The notes under the pieces were generated by a model. It was not told the DNA's origin, did no database searches, and saw only the letters and a list, made by a program, of their open reading frames with translations. Position numbers and translations under genes: made by a program. Positions 10,233-21,029 of a stretch of 21,346 bases of DNA are shown here, in pieces; the first letter of the stretch is position 1; every line of letters starts with the position of its first letter. Source of the stretch: Octopus sinensis (Eukaryota); NCBI RefSeq assembly GCF_006345805.1, contig NW_021823746.1, positions 1 through 21,346 on the forward strand. Reading direction: 5' to 3'.

Positions 10233-11084
10233 TTATTTATACCAAAATATACATAAATAACATATATTGAATAAATTTTAAAGAATTCAAAATTCAATAT
10301 GCTTAATTTTTGGCATGGATAAATAAATATATTGCTAACACTAGGTAAAAAAAAATACCAATTTACTTACACCTGTGAGATTTACAAGAAAATTCAACCA
10401 TCCTTCATGATTTGTGAGCAAACACTGAGTCAGAATCACAGCCGTCCCTTTCAGGACAGCCACATTATGTTGGCAAGTAGTCTTTTCTTTAAAGAACTGT
10501 TTATGAATAGCTCTCTTTTGAGAAATTTAGAAATAATAATGTTTATAGAAGGTAACACGTGATTGTTAAATGCTGTTCAGAAAATAATAACTACATCATG
10601 TTGGTATTCGACACCATCTGAATATGCAGCAAAAACTATTTAACCATTATCCCTGGTCGCATCTGTATATCGTAATGCATCGTGTTTATAACAGACATTG
10701 TCTCAATCACTCAAATGTGAAGATTAAAATGTGTTCGCGTGTATAGAACGTCAATATCTCGCTGTGTTGAATTCGGGCCCCTGTTTATCCTTCCAACTAA
10801 AACGAACTCATTGATGCGACAAATGCTTCCAACAAATGCATGAACGTTATACTCTCTATCACATTTTTAATATTATGCTCTTCAGCGCACTATTAACAAT
10901 CGATATGACACAATAGACAACGTAATTTTAGTTCTTTTTGTTTTTTCAACAAAATCATGATTTTTGATGACTTTCAGCTTCCGTTTTCTGGGACAGCTGA
11001 TTCTTATGTTTCATTCGCACATGAATAAATATATAACTGATTAGACACAAACACACGCATAAATAATAGAAGTAGATTATTGCA

Positions 11085-11438
11085 GATATACATACATATG
11101 TACTTCCAATCATATAGTATATACATGCATACGTACATACATATATGTATATAAATATATATATATAAATGTGTGTGTGTGTGTGTGTGTGTGTTTGTGT
11201 GTGTGCGCGCGTGTATGTGTGTGTGTGTCTTTGAGTGTCTACTGCAGCAATGTTTGTAAACATTTCATTTAGTCTACTGTAACCTAGCGCTTGTAATTTC
11301 CGTCTGGATGTCATGAATAACGAAGCAAAGACGCACACGCATACACTGACAAACGTCAATGAAGACGCATACACTAACCATTAATGAATATATAGTATGT
11401 GCTTATATATGATTACCCATGACTTAATATGTGCGTGT

Positions 11439-11494
<56 letters not shown>

Positions 11495-11565
11495 TTATGC
11501 ATGTATATATATTGATGTATGTATTTATGTATGTGTATATGTATGTATATATGTGTATATATATT
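11085..11565. repeat. Two microsatellite tracts (about 11085-11230 and 11410-11565) with a unique spacer
   Basis: Direct inspection. Confidence 0.85.
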
Positions 11566-12964
11566 TTATTCGTGATTTCACGAAAGATTGTAGACATGAC
11601 TAAAAACTTATATAATTATATTTATTATCACACAATTGTGATCATTAGCTTACAATATATTGATAGGTATATGTGGTTTATGATCTTAAACATTCACTTT
11701 TGTGATAATGTACACTTTATTGCGCGCTCACTCGCGTGTGTGTGTACGTAGGTATGTAAACATACATAACATTAATAATCTCTAATTATAGCGAATTTAT
11801 ATAATTCTTTCATGTAATTACCTCCATCATCAAGTATCAACAGAAATGAAAATGGCAATGGAATAAACATGTGACTCAGCCATGTGCTCTCGGATATCCG
11901 GAGGATGTTGCTGATTATCTTAGATTGAATAGAATATGTTTAGCATTAAACATGTCTGACCATGATGTCAGCCGGATGTTAGCCTCGATCTTTTGTCAGG
12001 ATTGATCTTGTGTGCCGGAATACGCGGAATTTCACTGTTAAGCAAAACCTGTGACGCTCTTCATTCTTGCGCGGATCTGTCACTTTCGGAAACTGCGGTA
12101 TCTTTACCGTTGTCCTTGTTCTCCAATAAGCGATATGATGTTTATTTCGGGAAGATGAATGGACGAACTGATGTCTGAATAAAGTCAGTTCTAAAGAGGT
12201 TCTCAAGCCTGGGTGGGATTTCTTTCATTCGATCTGCTACAGGGAAATTATCATAGTAAGCAACGAATGGGCGAATCGCTAGAGCCTTGGATAAAATGCT
12301 CTCACATTATTTGATTCGATATTCTGCATTATGAGTTCAAATCATGCTTGGTGAAATTTGGTTTTCATATTTTCAAGGTCCATAAAAAAACACATCGACC
12401 CAGAATGATGAATTGGTTGGATTTTTAAGAACATTGGACCGGATTCCTTGCGATATATGTCCCGTATTTTGCGTTCTAAGGTCAAATTAACCCGTAGCCT
12501 ACTTAATCTGACGCATGGTATAACACTCTGAGTGTCTAAAGGCACTCAAAATTTCCTCTGTTGCAAACAACCGGAGATGTTTGAAAGAACCTTCCGTCCT
12601 CTATAATCTAGATTCGGAGACACAGTAAAGAGTTATAGACACAGATTTTTTCTCTCGGGATTAAAAGACATTAAGAGCAGTGAGGCAAAAAAGTATATCT
12701 CTTTTCAGACGATAGGTAACAGAAGAGCATCGCTCTGATAATTTGCAATTTTATTAATTCTGTTTGCTCGGAATATTGCGAGCAAACACTAATTCTTTCT
12801 AGTACTCAGGTATACTATGTAATACTCCTTCTAATAAAGTGCTGGTGTACTTCTTACGAAAGTTCTTGTGCGGCAGGAACAGTTATTTTTTTTACAATCA
12901 TGTTTAGATAACTAATATTCCAGGGTGGCTTAAACGAGATCATAGTTCTCTTTTTATTCACATA

Positions 12965-13296
12965 GGCGTAGGAGTGGCTGTGTGGAACCTTGCTTACCAA
13001 CCACATGGTTCCGGGTTCAGTCCCACTGCAGGACACCTTGGGCAAATGTCTTCTACTATAGCTTCGAGCCGACCAAAGCCTTGTGAGTGGATTTGTTTGA
13101 CGGAAATTGAAAGAAGCTCGTCGTAATTATGAATGTGTGTGTATATGTTTGTGTGTTTGTCACCCACCATCACTTGACAACCGATGCTGGTATGTTTACG
13201 TCACCGTAACTTAGCGGTTCGACAAGCACTAGGCTTACAAAGAATAAGTCCTGGGGTCGATTTGCTTGACTAAAGGCGGTCAAGAGTAAAAGAGTA
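12965..13296 (+). mobile_element. SINE family A with two internal deletions in the 3' half
   Basis: Head ggcgtaggagtggctgtgtgg..ggttcagtcccactgc. Relative to the 5521 copy it lacks about 20 nt before 'cactaggcttacaaagaataag' and the gctccagcatggccgcagtc block before the aagagtaaaagagta tail. Confidence 0.9.
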
Positions 13297-13604
13297 TACG
13301 AATTCGTGTTCAGTTTTTTGTATGCGTGTAAACAGCTGGGGTTTTTTTCAATAAAGGCAGCAGTGTATCAGAACCGGGTTTTAATAGTACCCAATCCCTG
13401 GTGAGGTTCTTATGTCCAAGCCTAGTAAAGATTTTCACTTGCATATAGCGACTGTAATGTGTTATATAGTGTTACATGGCTGGTTGCATACAGATCCCAC
13501 GCGGATGCTTATTACTTGGCTTCATTTACGATATCGTATCATCGTTAAGCGAGGTTGTATTCGATATCTGAGAAATTAACTTGAATTTACCCGCATTTAT
13601 TGCA

Positions 13605-13662
13605 ACTACAAACACTACTACTACTACTACTACCACCACCACCACCAGTAGTTTTAGTAGCT

Positions 13663-13722
<60 letters not shown>

Positions 13723-13762
13723 ATAGTAGTAGTAGTAGTAGTAGTAGTAATACTACTACTAC

Positions 13763-13801
<39 letters not shown>

Positions 13802-13850
13802 GAGTAATGACGGGGATGATGAGGACGATCATAACAATAATGATAACTGT
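13605..13850. repeat. Compound trinucleotide tract (ACT)n-(ACC)n-(AGC)n-(AGT)n-(ACT)n-(AGT)n-(GAT/AAT)
   Basis: Direct inspection. Confidence 0.95.
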
Positions 13851-14164
13851 TTCCAATGCAGACATGCTTATATAGCAGGCACTAACGCACACGAATCTAC
13901 GCACTCAAATATACATGCATACACAAACACGCACACCCACACAACCAATACCATACCCACATCTACCCTCTCATATATTTCGTGTATATATGTGTATACG
14001 TATATATAACGTAAACCTAAAAGAGACGGGCTTCAGTTTGAGCCGAATCGTGCAGCACGAAGTTTTGTCGCGGTCTCAAAACGACGAAAATATTTTGACA
14101 AATTAAATTTAAATGTTGAAGCGAATCTAACGGTTTTTGTGTGTTTCTTAAATGGCTTATAAAC

Positions 14165-14196
14165 AGCTTCCACGCTGCATATATGTATATATATAT

Positions 14197-14264
<68 letters not shown>
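14165..14264. repeat. (TA)n/(CA)n tract, probably the internal microsatellite of the adjacent SINE-A fragment
   Basis: Direct inspection; abuts 14265-14356. Confidence 0.9.
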
Positions 14265-14266
<2 letters not shown>

Positions 14267-14356
14267 CGGGCTTGTTTCAGTTTCCGTTTACCAAATTCAC
14301 TCACAAAGCTTTGGTTGGTCCGAGGCTATGGTAGAAAATATTTGCCAAAGGCGCCA
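14265..14356 (-). mobile_element. Fragment of SINE family A (CORE-like segment)
   Basis: acgggcttgtttcagtttccgtttaccaaattcactcacaaagctttggttggtccgaggctatggtagaaaatatttgccaaaggcgcca aligns with 16863-16953. Confidence 0.85.
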
Positions 14357-14357
14357 A

Positions 14358-14437
14358 ATATATATATATACATACACACACACACATATATATATATATA
14401 TATTACATACACATATATAATCATGATCATCATATCG

Positions 14438-14472
<35 letters not shown>

Positions 14473-14506
14473 GTATATATATATATGTTATATATATATA
14501 TATATA

Positions 14507-14543
<37 letters not shown>

Positions 14544-14625
14544 TATATATTATATATATATGTGTGTGTTTATGTATTATATAAGATATATATATATATA
14601 TGTGTATGTGTGTGTGTGTATTATA
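14358..14625. repeat. (TA)n-rich tract
   Basis: Direct inspection. Confidence 0.9.
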
Positions 14626-14779
14626 TGTACATGTCATATCTGTGTGTGAGTATGCCTGTATGTGTCTTATCTATAACGAAGTTTCTCATGCCTAGAGTTT
14701 CAACTTTACTCGATCTGTTGCAGTTAAATGCTGATCCGTAATGAACAAATGGTATATATTTCAACATGATTTAAAAACT

Positions 14780-15116
14780 CCGGGATCCGGGACCCCCTTC
14801 GTTCACGACACTGACCATGGGATTGCACCTAGAAAGTTACCCTCCTAGTCACAAGTCTGGGCATGGAAGACCAGCAGTCGCCCATGCATACCGGCCTCCC
14901 CTCTCCACGCCACCAGTGTTATCCAAGGGAAAGGCAAAGGCCGATGCAGCTTGGCACTCGTGACGTCGCAACTCATTTCTACAGCTGAGTGAACTGGAGC
15001 AACGTGAAATAAAGTGTCTTGCTCAAGAACACAACACGCAGCCCGGTCCGGGATTCGAGCTCACAACCTCACGATCGTAAGCTCGACGCTCTAACCACTG
15101 AGCCATGCGCCTTCAC
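14780..15116 (-). mobile_element. Full-length SINE family C (tRNA head plus CORE domain) with 12-bp TSD
   Basis: The minus strand has A box TGGCTCAGTGG, B box GCTCGAATCCC and CORE-like tgtgttcttgagcaagacactttatttcacgttgctccagttcactcagctgtagaaatgag. The tail is (tcccgga)-like. Exact direct repeat gatttaaaaact at 14768-14779 and 15117-15128. Confidence 0.95.
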
Positions 15117-15300
15117 GATTTAAAAACTAAAGATGCAGTAAAACTATTTAAATATGTCTGGTAGATCGTTTCCATTACTTCTCCATGTTCTTTAGGAAAA
15201 GTAGGAAACTACGCTGCTACAACGAATTTCCTGCGACTGCTTTCGATTGAAAAACGGAAATGGAAAACTTATTTGCAACGGAAAGAAGCCTCGGCTCTGG

Positions 15301-15383
<83 letters not shown>

Positions 15384-15930
15384 TGGATGCATGTAGTATG
15401 TATGTATGTATACGTACCTATGTTACGCATATATGTAAATATAAATGTGTATGTTTATATATGTATATATATGGTCATTTATAGTTTATGTGTGTATATA
15501 TATATATATATAGATATAAATAAATATATATATATACATATATATATGCATATATGTCTATACAGCATGTACGTATATGTGCGTGTATATATGTACCTAT
15601 ATTTCGAATTTCTCAAACTTCAACTAAACCAAAACACATACAGATATATGTATGTATGTGCATGTCTGTGCATATATATATATATGCATTATTATATATG
15701 CATATATATTGATATACATATGTGTGCGTGTATATATGCATATACATATGTGTGCTCTCAAATATATCCATACATTTCTGTATTTATATATACTTAGATA
15801 TACATAAATATATATAGTATACGCATACATACATACATGCATATATATATGTATATATATACGTGTACGTGAGTATACATTTATGTGTGTGTGTTTCTGT
15901 TTGTGTGTATGTATGTGTGCGCGCATGTTT
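15301..15930. repeat. (TA)n followed by degenerate TA/TG/CA tract
   Basis: Direct inspection. Confidence 0.9.
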
Positions 15931-16578
15931 GTGTGTCATACACGCCGAATCATATGAGCAATAGGAAATGTAAGATAGACATGCGTAATGGGATATTCAA
16001 TATATCTTTTACAACTACTGAAAAGTGGTGGTGATATACCAATCAATTTTTTATTTACTGGGCTCAGTCTTTGGATTGTGACCATGTCCAGACATTACTT
16101 TCTAGGTAGAGACAATGGGTAGCTTTAATGGCTTGTTAAACTGCTAAAAATAACAGTAAACCATACCTACCGTCTTTATAAAATGAGCCCTCGGGATAAT
16201 TTGTTCTTTGGCTTCCTGTGCACAGCATAAATCATTCTTGCTCATATCTTCTCCAATATTCAACAACAATATCAACAACGGTTACATCGATTTGGTTTTA
16301 CATCAACACGAACATTGTTTGAGATATCCCAAACACAGCCGTCCTGTTTATATCCATGACTGTGTTATAAAATGTATTAATTCGTTTTAAATTTGAAGGC
16401 GATTTAGCTGTAAATTCTAAGAGGTCCAGCGATTGCGTGGAAGCACATATCCTACATGAACTTCATATCAATGGCGACTTATTTTCAATTGACAACATTC
16501 ACAGATATAAAAAGTATAACTATGAAAAGATGTAGCTCACACGCCAGTCAAGTGTTTCAGGGACTTGAGACAAAATAT

Positions 16579-16795
16579 TTACTTACTCTTTTACTTGTTT
16601 CAGTCACTTGACTGCGGCCATGCTGGAGTACCACCTTTAGTCGAGAAAATCGGCCCCAGGACTTATTCTTTGTAAGCCTAGTACTTATTCTATCGGTCTC
16701 TTTTGCTGAACTGCTAAGTTACGGGGACGTAAATACACTTGTATCGGTTGTCAAGCTATGTTGGGGGGTGCAAACACAGACACACAAACATATAC

Positions 16796-16861
<66 letters not shown>

Positions 16862-17021
16862 GACGGGCTTCTTTCAGTTTCCGTCTACCAAATCCACTCA
16901 CAAGGCTTTGGTCGGCCCGAGACTATAGGAGAAGACACTTGCCCTAGGTGCCATGCAGTGGGACTGAACCCAGAACCATGTAGTTGGTAAGCAAGCTACT
17001 TACCACACAGCCACTCCTGCG
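16579..17021 (-). mobile_element. Full-length SINE family A (well conserved)
   Basis: Reverse complement of the 5521-5957 element: tail ttactcttttacttgtttcagtc, central (CA)/(TA) at about 16790-16860, head ..taccacacagccactcctgc. Confidence 0.95.
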
Positions 17022-17022
17022 G

Positions 17023-17405
17023 TTCTTTTATTCTTTTACTTGATTCAGTCATTGTACTGCGGCCATGCTAGGTTACCATATTGTACGATTAAGTCGCAGA
17101 AATCAACCTCAATACTTATACTTTTATAAAAGTCTAGAATTTATTCAGTTAGTTTCATTCGTGAAAGTGCCCATTCGCTGGGACTTAAGCAAATCAATAC
17201 CAGTTGTCAACTGGTGCGAGGTTAAACACAATCACACCCGCACACATACATATATAACAGTATTCTATGCTATTTCCGTTCACCAAATTCACCCACAAGT
17301 GGACTTGGTAGGCGGAGTATGGTATGGCTGGACTAGAAGATATTCGCCATGCTGTGGGACTCAACCGGAAACCTCGGTGTTGTAAAGCAAACATTTTAAC
17401 TATTT
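17023..17405 (-). mobile_element. Older, diverged full-length SINE family A directly adjacent to the younger copy
   Basis: Tail ttcttttattcttttacttgattcagtcattgtactgcggccatgct; body ttaagtcgcagaaatcaacctcaatacttat.. and ccagttgtcaa; head tttccgttcaccaaattcacccacaag..ccatgctgtgggactcaaccggaaacc. All are colinear with 16579-17021. Confidence 0.8.
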
Positions 17406-18230
17406 AACTACGCAACCTGCAGCATTAGCATAGAGGAGAAATAGATATAAATGAATAGTATACATATTTATATATATTATAGTATATGTAGTATGCTTTG
17501 CTATATATATACGTATGTAGTAAAAGCAGCTGTAAGGGCCGTGGCAGAATCTAAAAGAAAAACAAAGGTTCAGTGAATCAAGAGAGGTTTGGACTAGGTT
17601 TCGTTTCTTGGGTGACATCATTTCAATTTTGCTGCTGGTCAGCTCAAACCTATCTCATCTTGAGATTGTAAAGTTTTGTGAGAATATAAGCACAGAAACC
17701 ACTACTTATGAAATATTAGGGTAGAATAAAATTTTAAAGAAAAAAATTGCCTTCGGAACAAGATTTTGTGATTTGGTTTCGACCATCTTCATTATTTAAG
17801 TTACGATATCAAATCCAATGACAAGACCAGAAACGTCGCGTTTAATTATTAATTTCCCAGTTGGTCATTCCAGGAGAGAAATAAGCGAATTTCCACATCA
17901 CTCTCTTTTGTCTTAAGTGCTTCGGAAATGCTTGGATGTCATATAGCTTTATTTCAGTCTCGACACGTTTCTTATAAACTGAAGAATATTTGTGTGTGCG
18001 AAAGTATGTCGTCTTCGTATGTATGCTTTTGGCGATTATCATTCAATTCAGTTCACCGAATCAAAAGCAATACATGCATATGTAAATATGTTATATACTA
18101 CCGAGTTTACGTTGCACCTTTAGCCGGACCCATTTTGTTGTATGTATCTCAGCTAAGTTTCTGCCTTGAAGTTATCTTTCCTCCCTCTTTCCCACCAGTC
18201 TTGAAGGCCCTGCAAACGGTCATGAATATT

Positions 18231-18640
18231 ACTTACTTGTACTCGTGGCGACATTCACCCTGGGCGGGTTGAGTCGGCTCCTTCTACCACCCTCGAGGCA
18301 TCTCGAACCATGGCAGTCATGGAAGAAGTTTCATGGGAATATGTGGATTTCACAAGCGGTCCCCAACAATCCCGCATGTAGAGACATCCTGTTTGCCGCA
18401 GATTGTCCGCAGACGCAGGGACAGAATGACCGAGGTGCCGCCGGTTGCCAAAACAGACACTCCGAGGATTTTCACCAGAGCAGCCCCGTCTATCGGGTTG
18501 TGGCCCTAATACAACTCGGTGTCAGACCAATCCGCCTTGGGTGGCCCTACCAGGAACCGAAGTTTCCGACGACATAGCTCTGACACTAACCGTTGCCAGC
18601 GTCCCCACCACGGTGAGGAGGGGATGGACTTTGGAGACGC
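18231..18640 (-). mobile_element. Non-autonomous RTE-derived (bipartite) retroposon with 11-bp TSD
   Basis: Exact direct repeat tcatgaatatt at 18220-18230 and 18641-18651. The minus-strand 3' end has a tandem tail ..gagtacaagtaagt. The 5' part (ggttcctggtagggccacccaaggcggattggtc, cctcaccgtggtgggg) resembles RTE-clade 5' UTR motifs as I recall them. No RT ORF; GC-richer than the flanks. Confidence 0.7.
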
Positions 18641-18914
18641 TCATGAATATTGCCTTCTCTCCTGACTAGGAGACAAAAATATCGAGTAGAATGTATAAAC
18701 TAAACAGAAATTAAAATCTCAAAACACTTATACGAGTTTGAGTTTCAACGTTATAGCTCTTAAATGCATTGCATCAGTAAAAACATCCCTTCAGCAGAAA
18801 TTGAAAAGAAGTACCAATATGTAACTGATTATTATCTCTCAGATTGATTGGATCGATGAAATAAGTAAACAGACATAACGCAAAATTTCTATACTTGTTT
18901 TTATGGCAAGATGT

Positions 18915-19030
18915 TTCAATACACACACACACACACACATACATTTACATATATTTTCTTATATAATGCATATATGTACGTATGGGTATATATGCATGCA
19001 TGCGTGTATACACACACACACCAATATATC

Positions 19031-19076
<46 letters not shown>

Positions 19077-19174
19077 TATATATATATATTTATTTATTCC
19101 ATAAAAATAAGTATACAAACTATTTTTTATAAACACTAACAAAAATATATTAAATATATATGCCATATATTACT

Positions 19175-19239
<65 letters not shown>

Positions 19240-19431
19240 GCATGTATATATTTATATAGAAATAAACAAATGGAAGATGAATATACGAGAATATATTATT
19301 TACATATATATATATATAATACACTCACGCATACATACATATATGTATATATATATATATGTAAGTGTACATATATATACATATATATATACATACATAT
19401 ATATCTTATATATGTATATGTGTGTGTGTGT

Positions 19432-19486
<55 letters not shown>

Positions 19487-19490
19487 CGTT
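18915..19490. repeat. Compound (CA)/(TA)/(GT) microsatellite tract
   Basis: Direct inspection. Confidence 0.9.
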
Positions 19491-20159
19491 TATAAATGTT
19501 TATAAAATAGATAAATACGCTTATTAAGAAATAAACAAAAAGTTCGTATAGGAATTTTTGTAGCTTTTTTTAAATGGCGGAAATGGCTCGCCCACAAGCT
19601 ACTCGTAATTTTAAATATTGAAATGATTAATAAAACAAACACTAATTTACTGCTTCGATTTGATCGATTGAAAACGTCTGGAAAATTTAAATTTGACTTA
19701 TGACTTCTGAATCAAAATCTATATAGGATGTTGTTGACATGCATAATAAACAGTCAACACAAGACACTCTTGATTTCGTTGTCTACATTCCATAACTACC
19801 TCGGAAATATTCATCGAATCCCCTGGATGATAGCAACCAAATAATTAATATATTTTAAATAGGTTACGAAGTATTTTCGGCGACTTTACGCAATGAAAGT
19901 TTAGTCTCAAGATGAGTGTAATTCGTTGAAGACAGAAAAGAATTTCAAATATGCTCTTTTAATTAAACAATATGCTATTGATATAGCCCATAAATTTGAT
20001 AACAGTAAATTTCGCATTCAGATATAACTGGAATCTGCATTCAGAATTATTTCTGTAAATTTAGAATTAATCCCGGGAAAATTACCAAGAGAGGCATTAT
20101 AAACACCACTTTAATTGATTTCATATTTTAATTAATTTCTCCTCCGTAGATTGTTTTTT

Positions 20160-20950
20160 TTTGTTGTTGTTGTTGTCGTTATTGATGATGATGAGGAGGA
20201 GGAGGAGGTGGAGGTGGAGGAATAGGAAGAGGAGGATCATGATGATCATGGTCATAATCATATTGATGGTAACGAAGACGAAGAAAACGACGAGAACAAC
20301 GACGACGATGCCGACGGCGATGATGATGATAATGATGATGATAATTATGATGATGATGACAATGATGATGATGATGAGGAGGAGGAGGAGGAGAAGAAGA
20401 AGGAGAAAGGAAGGCGGAGGAGGAGGAGGAGGAGAAAGGAAGAAGGAAGAGAGGAGAAGGAAGATATGAGGGGATCATAGATCATAATATACTGATTGAG
20501 GATGAGGAGGATCATGATTCTCATAATCATAATCATATTGATAGTGACGAAGACGAAGAATACGACGACGACACGATGATGATGATGATGATAATTATGA
20601 TAAGATGATATGAGGATGATGAGGATGAGGATAGGGACGAAGAAGAAAAGAGAAGAAGAAGAAAAGAAGAAGAAGAAAGAAGAAGCAGAAGAAGAAGAAG
20701 ATAAAGAGGTTATGATGATGATGTATAATCCTGCTGATAGTGATGAAGACGAAGAACACGACGACGACGACGAGATGAGTATGTGATGATGATGATGATG
20801 AGATGATGAATGATGATGATAATGATGATTGATGATGGTGATATTCATCACGTTTGATGATGATTGATGATGATGATGATTAGGATCAAAAAAGTCATAA
20901 GGATAATGATAATCATGATCATATTGGTGGGAATGATGATGATAATGGGG
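20160..20950. repeat. Purine-rich compound trinucleotide tract (GAT/GAG/GAA/GAC) with a recurring ~42-nt unit
   Basis: The unit cataatcatattgatagtgacgaagacgaagaa.acgacgac recurs at about 20253, 20528 and 20724. Confidence 0.9.
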
Positions 20951-21029
20951 GTTGTTTTTAATAGAATTCGGGTGTAATCGGTTTTCCCCTATGTTAAAAC
21001 GATTTTCTGCCCGTGGTCAGTCTTTTCTT

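Noticed and set aside
10876-10886. Minus-strand CTGAAGA as a hammerhead core
   Set aside because: No stem II or GAAA follows.
13581-14009. 142-aa poly-T/S ORF and the overlapping poly-V/A ORFs
   Set aside because: Entirely explained by the trinucleotide array; open in several frames on both strands; no domain.
15040-15112. tRNA gene-like sequence (also the SINE heads at 5521, 8700-8757, 12965 and 16950-17021)
   Set aside because: A/B boxes are present but there is no complete cloverleaf, and each continues into a SINE body; these are SINE heads, not tRNA genes.
16125-16445. Two short stretches (about 16130-16180 and 16391-16445, opposite orientation) resembling a recalled octopus interspersed repeat
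   Set aside because: Too degenerate, with no second copy in the window to verify boundaries.
17771-17795. Minus-strand aatgaagatggtcgaaacc as a hammerhead
   Set aside because: It lacks the CUG of the core, stem II is only 2 bp, and there is no stem I.
547-19527. Dozens of ORF-track entries rich in YI, CV, TH and HT repeats
   Set aside because: They are translations of (TA)n, (GT)n and (CA)n microsatellites, which lack stop codons in some frames; no coding signal.
19520-19870. Possible MITE or DNA-transposon remnant
   Set aside because: No terminal inverted repeats or TSD found by eye.
20161-20851. Poly-M/R, poly-H/P and poly-S ORFs
   Set aside because: Low-complexity triplet translations on both strands; no evidence of expression.
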